Assembly (NCBI GenBank): GCA_030390025.1 | Contig: JASTWF010000365.1 | Coordinates: forward strand, 372,001 to 434,000 | DNA: 62,000 nt | Reading direction: 5' to 3' | Source of the DNA: Squalus acanthias | Taxonomy: Eukaryota | Part shown: positions 50,056 through 61,457 of the stretch, one piece after another | Position numbering within the stretch: position 1 is the stretch's first letter | Layout of the letters: each line of letters starts with the position of its first letter | Notes under the pieces: model-generated | What the model saw: the letters and a program-made list of their open reading frames with translations, nothing else | Database searches by the model: none | Told to the model about the DNA's origin: nothing | Position numbers and translations under genes: made by a program

Positions 50056-50525
50056 ATAAAGAGCTGGCTGCGATCGACTGCCAGACTCTTCAATGCACAC
50101 CACACCGCGGGATAGCTTTCAGACATCATTTAGCCAACACTGACTCGGCCACATCATTTTGGCCATCTTGGACCATCGTCATGACCAGCATGCAATGTGC
50201 GAAGGTCAGTAGATAGTTTGGGACGAGTCAACGACGTAGGACGTGGTTTGCTCATTTCCACGAGGACCATTGTTAGTCATGTAGCTTTCTGATAAACCCG
50301 AACGGAATCAGTAACGATAGACAAGATGATTGAGACAAATACAGGGACACACATTCTGGACGATTTGAAGTAGGTGAGGGCAAGATATTGCAAGCCAACG
50401 GGTACAGCACATCTCTAACTTACCAGTCCCCTCACCCAACATTTATCTCAACTGATGCCCCCAAAACAGAGAAACTGGTCATTTATCCCATCGCTGTGTT
50501 TTGGGAGTTTGCTGTGAGCAAATTC

Positions 50526-51145
50526 ACATAAATACTGTGGCAACAAGAGCAGGTCAGAGGCTGGGTATTCTGCAGCGAGTGTCTCACCTCCTGACTCCCC
50601 AAAGCCTTTCCACCATCTACAAGGCACAAGTCAGGAGTGTGATGGAATACTCTCCACTTGCCTGGATGAGTGCAGCTCCAACAACACTCAAGAAGCTCGA
50701 CACCATCCAGGACAAAGCAGCCCGTTTGATTGGCACCCCATCCACCACCTTAAACATTCACTCCCTCCACCACCGGCGCACCGTGGCTGCAGTGTGTACC
50801 ATCTACAAGATGCACTGCAGCAACTCGCCAAGGCTTCTTCGGCAGCACCTCCCAAACCCGCGACCTCTTCCACCTAGAAGGACAAGGGCAGCAGGCGCAT
50901 GGGAACACCGCCACCTCCAAGTTCCCCTCCAAGTCACACACCATCCTGACTTGGAAATATATCGGCCGTTCCTTCATCGTCGCTGGGTCAAAATCCTGGA
51001 ACTCCCTCCCTAACAGCACTGTGGGAGCACCTTCACCACACGGACTGCAGCGGTTCAAGAAGGCGGCTCACCACCACCTTCTCAAGGGTAACTAGGGATG
51101 GGCAATAAATGCCGGCCTTGCCAGCGACGCCCACATCCCATAACC
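50526..51145 (+). mobile_element. CR1-group LINE (second family) 3' fragment
   Basis: HINTVATRAGQRLGILQRVSHLLTPQSLSTIYKAQVRSVMEYSPLAW. Confidence 0.87.
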
Positions 51146-52127
51146 AAATTTTTTTTTTAAATTGGCTGCTGCGTTTCCCTACCAAAAAAAACATTAAAGG
51201 CTGTGGGTCAATTGAAATATTCATGACTGAATTTGGGCAAGGATATCAAGGGATATGGAGCAAAGGCAGTTAAATGGAGTGGAGGTGCGGATCAGCCGTG
51301 ATCTGACCGAGTGGGAGGAACAAGCTCCGGGGGCTGAATGACCTACTCCAGTTCCGATGGGGGGTGGGGGGGGGGGTGGTTTCGAAGTACAGCTCAGCTC
51401 TGAACTTAGTGAATGCAGGAACAGCCCCAAGGGGCAGAATGGCCTGCACCTGCTAACTATATGCGCCCAGGACAATTCGGAAACAAAAAACCATTGTGAG
51501 CGAATCTTTCCAAATATCGAGGTTGAACAATCGAGGAAAGAAAGAGTTGACCAACTTGAATTAAGTGTTCGACAATAGAAAATGTTATGCTTTGTCATCT
51601 TTCCTTCCAATCCATAAACAGGATAGGGGAAGTCAATATAATTAAAAAAACACTGCACAACGCAACAATACCACAGCCTATTGAGGATCAATATAAGCCA
51701 TGAAATACTGTTGCCAGTTCGCTTGTAGGGTATAACTACAGATGACAGTCCCCCCTGGGAATCTGCCAAGAGAAACTCAATCGGCTCCCACAAAGCCTTA
51801 CAAGGGCAGCCTGATACATTGCTTCGAAATCTGAACCCTCAAGTATTTGTGCACGAGAATTGCTTCTCATAAACGGCCTGTTCCCCAGAGTTTGAGCAAC
51901 TCAAAATAAAAAGACAGGCATGTGAAAGTTGAATGGTCGACATGTCAAACTCTCACCAGCAGCCATAAAGTTAGCTAGCAATTCTCAAATACTACTCTTC
52001 CAAACTTGGGATGACATGAGTAAACATCGCGAAAACAGATGATCTGGTCAGTATCACGTTACTGTCTGCGGGATCTTGCTGCGCGCAAATTGACCACCGC
52101 GCTGCCTACATTACAGCAGTGACTACA

Positions 52128-52772
52128 GAGCAGTAGTGATACCTGCCCTCCTGTATTCCTCAGAGACATGGACCATGTACAGCAGGCACCTCAAAGCACT
52201 GGAGAGGTACCACCAACGCTGCCTCCGCAAGATCCTGCAAATCCATTGGCAGGATAGGCGCACCAACGTCAGTGTTCTCGCTCAGGCCATCATCCCCAGC
52301 ATCAAAGCTTTGACCATGCTCGATCAGCTCCGATGGACGGGTCACATCGTCCGCATGCCCGATACGAGACTCCCAAAACAAGCGCTCTACTCTGAGCTCC
52401 GACACGTCAAGAGAGCCCCAGGTGGGCAGAGGAAACGCTTCAAGGACACCCTCAAAGCCTCCTTGAAAAAGTGCAACATCCCCACCGACACCTGGGAATC
52501 CCTGGCCCCAAGACCGTACAAAGTGGAGGAGAAGCATTCGGGAAGGTGCCGAACACCTGGAGTCTCTTCGCCGGGAGCAAGCGGAAGCCAAGCGCAAACA
52601 GCGGAAGGAGCGCACGTCAACCCAAGCACCCCACTCACCCGCCCCTTCAACCACCGTCTGCCCCACCTGTGACAGAGACTGTAGGTCCCGCATTGAACAC
52701 ATCAGTCACATGAGAACTCATTTTTAGTGTGGAAGCAAGTCATCCTCGGTTCCGAGGGACTGCCTAAGAAGA
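52128..52772 (+). mobile_element. RTE-clade LINE 3' fragment inserted in a Deu-SINE remnant
   Basis: IPALLYSSETWTMYSRHLKALERYHQRCLRKILQIHWQD...LRWTGHIVRM. Confidence 0.92.
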
Positions 52773-53404
52773 ACACTTTAAAAAGCGCTTTGGGGCGTCC
52801 CAAGGTCGTGACAGGCGCTGTAGAAATGCAAGCCTTTCGTTCTTTAAAGCAGTCAATCGCACCTGGAGATTATGCAACTATCACCCACTCTCTGCATTTT
52901 TGCAGGCGAGATAATCCCGCTGTTATTGGGAGCAGTTGCTGTATCTTCAGTCACAAGTTCGGTTTGCTGCAGTTCGCCGAGACTCTTTTAAATAGACTCT
53001 GTTTGCTGCTAGTCCTGCCATAAGTCCCGCCGCGCCTCATTGGCTGGTAACGTGGGAGTACCTTCACCACACGGACTGCAGCAGTTTAAGGTGGTGGCTC
53101 ACCACCACCTTCTCAAGGGCAATATATGCTGGCCTTGCCAGTGATGCCCACATCCCATGAACAAATAAAAAAAGTCAACAGACACTCTGCCTCAACATAG
53201 ATTCAGATGAAGGCAGCCATGAACCATGAGCTCATTCGTCCCTTCCCATCGCAGTATCCAACCATTTAAGGGATACCTGGGTTCGAATGCACTATTTCTC
53301 TCAGAAGCCCAGTCCACATCGAGCGCCTAAAGAACTTCCTAGCTTCTGTCCTCAACTTGCCTTCCCCCACCCCCCCACACAAATTATGATGCCACAAATT
53401 AGGG

Positions 53405-54370
53405 TTAGGCCTTAGCTGGAGATTTGTCCCAATTCTGGAACCACACTTCAGGAAGAATGTCCAGGCCTTGGAGAGGGTGCAGGAAGAGATTTACTAGAAT
53501 GGTTCCAGGGATGAGGGACTTCAGTTACGTGGCGAGACTGGAGAAGCTGCGATGTTCTCCTTAGAGCAGAAAAGGTTAAGAGGAGATTTAATAGAGGTGT
53601 TCAGAATCATGAGGGGTTTTGATAGAGTAAATAAGGAGAAACTGTTTCCACTGGCAGGTGGGTCGGTAACCAGAGGGGACAGATTTATGGTAATTGGTAA
53701 AAGAACCAGAGGGGGAGATGAGGAGACATTATTTTTTACACAGCGAGTTGTTGTGATCTGGAATGCGCTGCCTGAAAGGGCGGTGGAAGCAGATTCAATA
53801 GTAGCTTTCAAAAGGGGAATTGGATAAATAATTGAAAAAGAAAAAATTGCTGGACTATAGGGAAAGAGTGGGACTAATTGGATAGGTCTTTCAAAGGGTC
53901 AGCACAGGCACAAAGGGAGAATGGCCTCCTTCTGTGCTTTGTGCAGTTACTGAGTAGATTGGGCCTATATTAACTGGAGTTTAGAAGAATGAGCGGTGAT
54001 CACATTGAAACATCAAATTCATAGAGGGATTGACAGTAAATGCAGGGAGAATGTTTCCCCCTGGCTGGAGCGTCTAGAACCAGGGGTCACAGTCTCAGAA
54101 TAAGGGGTTGGCCATTCCGGACTGAGATGAGGAGGAATTTCTTCACTCAGAGGGTGGTGAATCTTTGGAATTCTCTACCCCAGAGGGCTGTGACTGCTGA
54201 GTCTTTGAGTATATTCAAGACCAAGATCGACAGACTTTTGGACTCTCGGGGAATCAAGGGATATGGGGATCGGGCGGGAAAGTGGAGTTGAGGTCGAAGA
54301 TCCGCCATGATCTTATTGAATGGCGGAGCAGGCTCGAGGGGCCGAATCCTGCTCCTAGTTCTTATGTTCT
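53405..54370 (+). mobile_element. Two adjacent CR1 3' fragments (about 53405-53940 and 53950-54370)
   Basis: FSLEQKRLRGDLIEVFRIMRGFDRV and RTRGHSLRIRGWPFRTEMRRNFFTQRVV. Confidence 0.88.
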
Positions 54371-54924
54371 GATTCTATCAATAGAAAAGCGTACGGGTGC
54401 AAGTGGGGCCCGTTTGCTTTCATTGTCATTGCTTCTTGCGCCAACCGAGATCAAGGACGGGGAAGAAACTCCCTTGCCTCAAGTGAGAAAAAACGAGCGA
54501 GGGAAGGAAGCATTTGCGGTTATTTTACTTTCTCAAGGAGTTTAAGTTTTGAAAAATAATGCTTGGAGGAGACCAAAGGAAACAGTACGGACCACATCTA
54601 ACCTCGCTCACTGTTAGACACGCAGAACATCAGTTGAAATGTTGGGACTTGCGTGCACAATCACAAAAGGCTAAATCGGCTCATTTTCAGGTTAAAGGTC
54701 AAAGCCAGATTAAGTCCTCCTTGCCAATCCGTTTCAGGATAGAGCGAAAACACCGTCGCCCGACAGCACTGCGCGCAAATGAACCGACCGGCCTTACGCG
54801 TAGACGTCACAAGAGCAGGATGACCCCAGGTTGCAATTCGCCAGGGAGTCAATACAGGGCTGCAATTGGCCACTCGCTCCACCGTGCTCTGTTGTGGCGG
54901 GAGTTACAGAAGCTCCAGGTTCCT

Positions 54925-55418
54925 CTCTCTAAACTCCGTAAACTCCAGCTCATCCAAAACTCTGCTGGCCCAGTGTCCTAACTCGCACCGAGTCCCGTTC
55001 ACCCATCACCCCCGCTGCTGCTCACTGACCTACATTGGCTCCCGGTAGAGCAACGCCTCATTTTTAAATTCTCATCCTGGTTTTCAAATCCCTCCTCGCC
55101 CCTCCCTAAATCTAGCTTCCTCCAGCCCCGCAAACCTTGGAGATCTCTGCGCTCCTCCAATTCTGGCGTTTTGCACATCCCCCGATTTCCATCGCTCCAC
55201 CATTGGCGGCCGTGCCTTCAGCTGCCTGGGCCCCGAGCTCTGGAATTCCCTCCCTAAACCTCTCCGCCTCTCTCTCCTCCTTTAAGACGCTCCTTAAAAC
55301 CGACCTCTTTGACCAAGCTTTTGGTCACCTGTCCTAATATCTCCTGATGTGGCTCGGTGTCAAATTTGGAACATCTTACTACGTTAGAGGCGCTATATAA
55401 ATGCAAGTTGTTGTTGTA
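54925..55418 (+). mobile_element. L2-clade LINE 3' fragment
   Basis: LRKLQLIQNSA ... aggcgctatataaatgcaagttgttgttg. Confidence 0.85.
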
Positions 55419-56678
55419 GTTACCTATCTCATCAGGTGTTGGATGAGCAAGACAGCCTCTCCCAGATCCACAACTGACGGCACCAAGGACAAGATCAGTA
55501 ATATCACGGCAACACCACCAGCTCCAAGTCGCACACCAGCCTGACTTGGGACATGCTCATTTGTCGACGCTGGGTCAAAACCCTGGCGTTCCCTTCCTCA
55601 CCACCCATGATCACAAGGGCCTGCAGTGGTTCGAGGAGAAGGCCCACCAGCCCCTTCTAGGGACGGGGTAGTAAATGCCACCATCGCCCACCTCCAAACC
55701 GCAACAACTTAAATAAAACGCACCCACGGGAAAGCTGAGCAGGGACGGAGACTGGGCTTGGACAAGATGCGCCCCCACAGTCGAATAGCCGGCAGACTAG
55801 TCACCGTCCAGGCTCACACCACGAGGTATAGCCACTTGGGACACAGCCCCAGAGAACGGCCAAGTGCCCCCACAGAGAGTGGCCGAGCCCCCACCCCACG
55901 AGAGGGGTCAAAAACCATGGAACCACATTGCAGCAAGTATCAGCACGTTCAGAGCACGGTGATAAACTGTAGGGGAAGGCGGGGGAAAGATAAACTAGAA
56001 AATACCAGCTTTCAGGATCACGCCTCCAACATTCAACTGAAATCCCATCCCAAAAATGCAAAGCCAACCTCGCTGCCATCCCCAACGGCATTTCTGACCC
56101 TGCATCATGTACTGGGACTGCAATGCGTGGGTGCCCCAGCATCACACACTTCTCATCAGGTTTGACAATGTCCAGCACGCACCTTACAAAAAAAAGAGAC
56201 TTGTAGAACTACTCATTGCCTCAGGAGTCCCATCATTGGGGGTGGGGACAACCAACCCAAGCTCCACCCCATGGCCAACCCAAGTCCACAAGTAGAGCCA
56301 GCGAGATGGAGCCAATGCTTACGGTTCACAAACACCTTCAATCTGGAACAAAGCTGAACAATCGGGTCTTTCCATTATTTGCAAATCGAGCGGATAACGA
56401 ACAAACATTTGGTTGGATTCTTGCACGAAAGAAGCAGTCTTGGTCTCGCCATTCTCTGACCGCCCTCGAAATTGCCAAATCGCCAGCCAACTTGGCCATC
56501 ACCGAATCCGCGGATGGAGCCAGTATTTATTACGGGATAACCAGGACTAAGGCAACCCGCCCTTGGAAATGAATGGCCCCCCCAGTTATTGCCCGCATAT
56601 CCACCGTCTCCTGGGGTGGGGGCGCGGTTAACGACAAGCCAGATCTTCTCGTGGGAGGGACAGATAAGCGGGACCTAC

Positions 56679-56827
56679 CTCGAACGATGATGTCCATTTT
56701 GGCACGGCCCACGCCGAGGCTGTTGGTCGCCTCACAGGTAAAGGTGCCGTTGACGTCGTAAGTCACCTGTGCCACGCTGAGCTGGTGTCCTTTTACCTCG
56801 ATGGAAGTTGGGACAGGTTCACCGTTC
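56679..56827 (-). CDS. NECTIN2: Nectin-2-like exon, second half of the membrane-proximal Ig domain (NGEPVPTSIEVKGHQLSVAQVTYDVNGTFTCEATNSLGVGRAKMDIIVR)
   Basis: tctctgcag|G AAC ... CGA G|gtaggt, phase 2/1. Ig F-strand motif NGTFTCEATNSLG with an N-glycosylation sequon. Splices in frame to both TM exons. Confidence 0.92.
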
Positions 56828-56924
56828 CTGCAGAGATGCAAAGCAGAGTGAAGAGGTGGACGGCGTTCCCGTTCCGCACCGGAGTCTCAGATTGCGCAAG
56901 ACGGCAGAAAATATTTTGCCAACA

Positions 56925-57073
56925 ACGTTGCATTTCCACAGCGCCTTGAACGCAGCAAAACATCCCAAGGTGCTGCACGGGAGCATTATCGAGCAAAGTG
57001 TGCACCGACAACCATAAGGAGCTATTAGGAGAAGTGACCAAAAGCTTGGTCAAACAGGTAGGTTTTAAGGAGG

Positions 57074-57107
<34 letters not shown>

Positions 57108-57154
57108 AGAGAGGAGAGAGAGAGAGAGAGAGAGGCAGAGAGAGAGAGAGAGAG

Positions 57155-57189
<35 letters not shown>

Positions 57190-57397
57190 AGAGAGAGAGA
57201 GGCAGAGAGAGAGAGAGAGAGAGAGAGAGGCAGAGAGAGAGAGAGAGAGAGAGAGGCAGAGAGAGAGAGAGAGAGAGAGGCAGAGAGAGAGAGAGAGAGA
57301 GAGGCAGAGAGAGAGAGAGAGAGAGAGAGGCAGAGAGAGAGAGAGGCAGAGAGAGAGAGAGAGAGAGAGAGGCAGAGAGAGAGAGAGAGAGAGAGAG

Positions 57398-57434
<37 letters not shown>

Positions 57435-57695
57435 CAGAGAGAGAGAGAGAGAGAGGCAGAGAGAGAGACAGAGAGAGAGAGAGAGACAGAGAGAGAGAGG
57501 CAGAGAGAGAGAGAGAGAGAGGCAGAGAGAGAGAGAGAGAGAGAGAGGCAGAGAGAGAGAGAGAGAGAGAGGCAGAGAGAGAGAGGCAGAGAGAGAGAGG
57601 CAGAGAGAGAGAGGCAGAGAGAGAGGCAGAGAGAGAGAGGCAGAGAGAGAGAGAGAGAGAGGCAGAGAGAGGGAGAGAGAGAGAGAGAGAGAGAG

Positions 57696-57729
<34 letters not shown>

Positions 57730-57766
57730 AGAGAGAGAGAGAGAGGCACAGAGACACAGAGAGAGA

Positions 57767-57803
<37 letters not shown>

Positions 57804-58130
57804 GCAGAGAGAGAGAGAGAGAGAGGCAGAGAGAGAGAGAGAGAGAGGCAGAGAGAGAGAGAGAGAGAGGCACAGAGAGAGAGAGAGGCACAGAGAGAGA
57901 GAGAGAGGCACAGAGAGAGAGAGAGAGAGAGAGAGAGGCACAGAGAGAGAGAGACACACACACGCACGGAGAGGGAGAGGGAGAGGGGAAGGGGGACCAA
58001 GGTTTAGGGAGGGGGGGACCAAGGTTTAGGGGAGGGGGAGGGGGGGGAAAACAAGGTTTCGGGAGGCGGGGGGTGGGGGGAACTCCTGAGCTTGGGGCCC
58101 AGGCAGCTGAAGGCTCTGCCGCCAATGGCA
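56925..58130 (-). mobile_element. L2-clade tail with an internal (GA)n/GGCA microsatellite (about 57075-57960)
   Basis: L2 tail on both sides: ...aggttttaaggaggag[array]...ggtttaggg...cttggggcccaggcagctgaaggc. Confidence 0.85.
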
Positions 58131-58164
58131 GTGCTGCAAATTAGCAGTTTCTCGGACTTCGGAA

Positions 58165-58888
58165 GCACGTTGTTCGGGTAGCCTGGAGGGATCTTTATTC
58201 TGATCTGCACGTGACGTTGGGGGCACTTGAGAGTGGGTAAAACTGTTGGAAATGGAGTTCATTGTGGGAGGTGATCCACTTTGGACCCAAGGAATACCAA
58301 AAATCGGTCTTTCCTCAACGGTGATTGACGAGCAACTGAGGAACAAAGAGAGATTTGGGATGTCCAGGTACACCAATCACTGAAAGCTAGTGCACAGGTA
58401 CAAAACCTCATGAAACGGCCTTGATCTCGAGGGTTGGAGGCTATGTTACAGCTGTACAGAACTCTGGTTAGACCCCGGCTGGAGTGACTGCATTCAGTTC
58501 TGGGCAGCGCACTTCAGGAAAGATATCTTGGCCTTAGAGTGGGTGCAGCATGGATTCACTAGCACGCTACCGGGGGCTAAAAGGCATAAATTTTGAGGAT
58601 AGATTGCGTGGACTAGGCTTGTGTTCCCTGGAGTTTAGAAGATTAAGGGGTGATCTAATCGAGGTGTTTGAGGTGATTAAAGGATTCGATAGGGTAGAGA
58701 GAGAGAGAAACTATTTCCTCTGGTGGGGGGAGTCCAGAACAAGGGGGCAGAACCTTCAAATTAGAGCCAGGCCGTTCAGGGGTGATGTCAGGAAGCACTT
58801 CTTCACACAAAGGGTGGTGGAAATCTGGAACTCTCCCCCAAAAAGCTGTCGAGGCTCAGGGGGTCAATTGGAGCTTTCAAGACTGAGC
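58165..58888 (+). mobile_element. CR1 LINE fragment
   Basis: FEDRLRGLGLCSLEFRRLRGDLIEVFEVIKGFDRV...RKHFFTQRVVEIWNS. Confidence 0.88.
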
Positions 58889-59609
58889 CTAGGCAACAGA
58901 AGGCACGTCCACCAACGGAGGAGCAATTATAATCAGGGATGCTCAAGAGGGCAGAATTAGAGGAGCGCAGAGATCTCGGGGGGGTTGTGGGGCTGGAGGA
59001 GGTTTCAGAGATAGGGAGGGGCGAGGAGGCCATGGAGGGATTTGAAGACAAGGATGAGAATTTTGAAATCGAGGCATTGCTTAACCGGGAGCCAATGAAG
59101 GTCAGCGAGCACGATGGGTGAACGGGACTGGTCATAGAATGATACAGCACAGAAGGAGGCCATTCGGCCCATCATGCCTGTGCCAGCTCTTTGAAAGAGC
59201 TCTCCAATCAGTCCCACACCCCCTACCCACCCGCCCAATAGCCCGGTAAATTTTTCCCCTTCAAGTATTTATCCAATTCCCTTTTTGAAAGTTACTATTG
59301 AATCTGCTTCCACCGCCCTTTCAGGCAGCGCATTCCAGATCACGACAACTCACTGCGTAAAAAAAAAACCCTCATCTCCCCCCGGTAACAAAAATAGAAA
59401 TTAAAATGCTTCAGGCATCAACACTTACATGAGCCACTTGTATTCTGTTGCCGATGGATTTGCTTTGACGTTGCAGGTCAAGGAAGCAGATTCTCTTTTT
59501 AAGTACCAGTTGTCATCATATCCCTCAATGGTCACTATAGGTGGATCTGAAAATTAGGAGACACATTTAGGTAAAAGCTTTGCGCATTGACATGAACAAA
59601 CCAGAATTA

Positions 59610-59943
59610 AAATTCTCCTCCTGCTTTTCAAATCCCTCCACGGCCTCCTCGCCCCTCCCGATCTCTGTAACCACCTCCAGCCCCCACAACCCTCCCCGAT
59701 CTCTGCTCTCCTCCAATTCCAGCCTCTTGCACATCCTCCGATTTCCATCGCTCCACCACTGGCGGCCGTGCCCAAGCTCTGGAATTCCCTGCCTAAACCT
59801 CTCCGCCTCTCTCTCCTCCTTTAAGATGCTCCTTAAAACCAACCTCTTTGACCGAGCTTTTACTCACCTGTCCCAACAGTTCATGTGGCTCGGTGTCAAA
59901 TTTTGTCTGATTAGCACGCCTGTGAAGCACCTCAGGAGGTTTT
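59610..59943 (+). mobile_element. L2-clade LINE 3' fragment
   Basis: aaattctcctcctgcttttcaaatccctccac...ctctggaattccctgcc...tgtggctcggtgtcaaa. Confidence 0.8.
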
Positions 59944-60103
59944 AAGAACATAAGAAATAGGAGCAGGAATAGACCACTCGGCCCCTCGAGCCTGCTCCGC
60001 CATTCAATAAGATCATGATGCGGAGATGCCGGTGCTGGACTGGGGTGGACAAAAATGAGAAGTCGCACAACACCAGGTTATAGTCCAACAGTTTTATTTG
60101 AAA

Positions 60104-60140
60104 TCACGAGCTTTCGGAGCGCTGCTCCTTCGTCAGGTAA
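60104..60140 (-). ncRNA. Minimal type I hammerhead ribozyme motif
   Basis: Minus strand ttac-CTGACGA-a-ggagc-agc-gctcc-GAAA-gc-TC-gtga: stem I, core, stem II, palindromic AGCT stem III, CUC cleavage triplet. Confidence 0.75.
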
Positions 60141-60348
60141 AGTGAAGGAATACAAATCAGCAAAGCATATATAGACAGAGAACAATGTGTAGCGTACAAT
60201 GTCAGACGACTACAGTAAATCCTTCTGACTGCCCTCCATCACACCTCGGCAGAGATACAGTCAGAAGGATTTACTGTAGTCGTCTGACATTGTACGCTAC
60301 ACATTGTTCTCTGTCTATATATGCTTTGCTGATTCGTATTCCTTCACT

Positions 60349-60386
60349 TCACCTGACGAAGGGGCAGCAGCTCCGAAAGCTTGTGA
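60349..60386 (+). ncRNA. Minimal type I hammerhead ribozyme motif
   Basis: tcac-CTGACGA-a-ggggc-agca-gctcc-GAAA-gc-TT-gtga, with a CUU triplet. Confidence 0.72.
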
Positions 60387-61457
60387 TTTCAAATAAAACT
60401 GTTGGACTATAACCTGGTGTTGTGCGACTTCTCAATAAGATCATGGCTGATCTTGAACTCAAAGCCACTTCCCCGCCCGCTCCCCATAACCCTTCACTCC
60501 CTTATCTTGTAGAAATCTGTCTATCTCCACCTTAAATGCATTTAATGACCCAGCCTCCACGGCTCTCTGGGGTAGAGAATTCCACAGATTTACAACCCTC
60601 AGAGAAGAAATTCCTCCTCATCTCCGTTCTAAAAGGGCGATCCTTTATTCTGAAACTGTGCCCCCGAGTTCTAGGTTTCCCCACGAGGGGAAACATCCTC
60701 TCTGCATCTACCTTGTCACAGCCCCTCAGCATCTTATATGTTTCAATAAGGTCACCTCTCATTCTTCTAAACTCCAATGAGTATAGACCCAACCTGCTCA
60801 ACCTTTCCTCATAAGTCAACCCCTTCATCCCAGGAATTAACCGAGTGAACCTTCTCTGAACTGCCTCGAACGTTTTACCATGTTAAAAGACGGCGTCCAA
60901 ATGCAAGTCGCTTTTGAATGGTGGAACAGGCGCACAAGAACATAACATAAGAAATAGGAGCAGCAGAAGGCCAATTGGCCCCTCGAGCCTGCTCCGCCAC
61001 TCAATAAGATCATGGCTGATCTGATCCTAACCGCCAAGCTACTATCACAGAACCATCTCCTGAACCTAACAGAATTGGACACACGAAACAGGAGCAGGAT
61101 CAGGCTACACGGCCCCTGGGCCCGCTACGTCACCCACAGGGCCGTGACCGATCCGAACCTAGACTCATGTCCAAATTCCCCGTAACCCTTAATTCCTGAA
61201 TGGCCTGTTCTTGTTCCTCTCGACTTGAACACTCAAGTGAAAGTGGATAGGTTTAAAGCGTGCAAGTATTGCGAATTCAGAATTTATTGCATTAGTAATA
61301 TCTGCCAAACCACAACTTCCGAGAAGTGAAACGAGGCAATTGATGGTGCGACTGCAACAGTTGTCTCAATGGGACAAAAGCCACTTTCGTGCAGATGCAG
61401 AGGACATGGCTTGCACTTGGAGACCTCAAGCTCAAAACTAAATGGGAACAATATTTA

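Larger units (their letters stand above)
60018..60434 (-). mobile_element. Penelope-like element remnant: inverted pseudo-LTR pair plus a 3' extension
   Basis: Arms 60056-60231 and 60258-60434 are near-perfect inverted repeats. Unpaired 38-nt extension at 60018-60055. tcaataagatcatg duplicated at 60004-60017 and 60432-60445. Hammerhead motif in each arm. Confidence 0.8.
59944..60866 (-). mobile_element. CR1 LINE 3' fragment interrupted by the palindromic insertion
   Basis: MKGLTYEERLSRLGLYSLEFRRMRGDLIETYK. The tail reads continuously once 60018-60445 is removed. Confidence 0.88.

Noticed and set aside
20068..51145. Repeated ATRAGQRLG... ORFs read as a multigene family
   Set aside because: 5'-truncated LINE ORF2 C-termini with LINE tails. 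The similar start points in three copies are too few to claim a non-autonomous family.
56793..58125. 310-410 aa ORFs
   Set aside because: Same cause: a (GA)n array inside an L2 tail.
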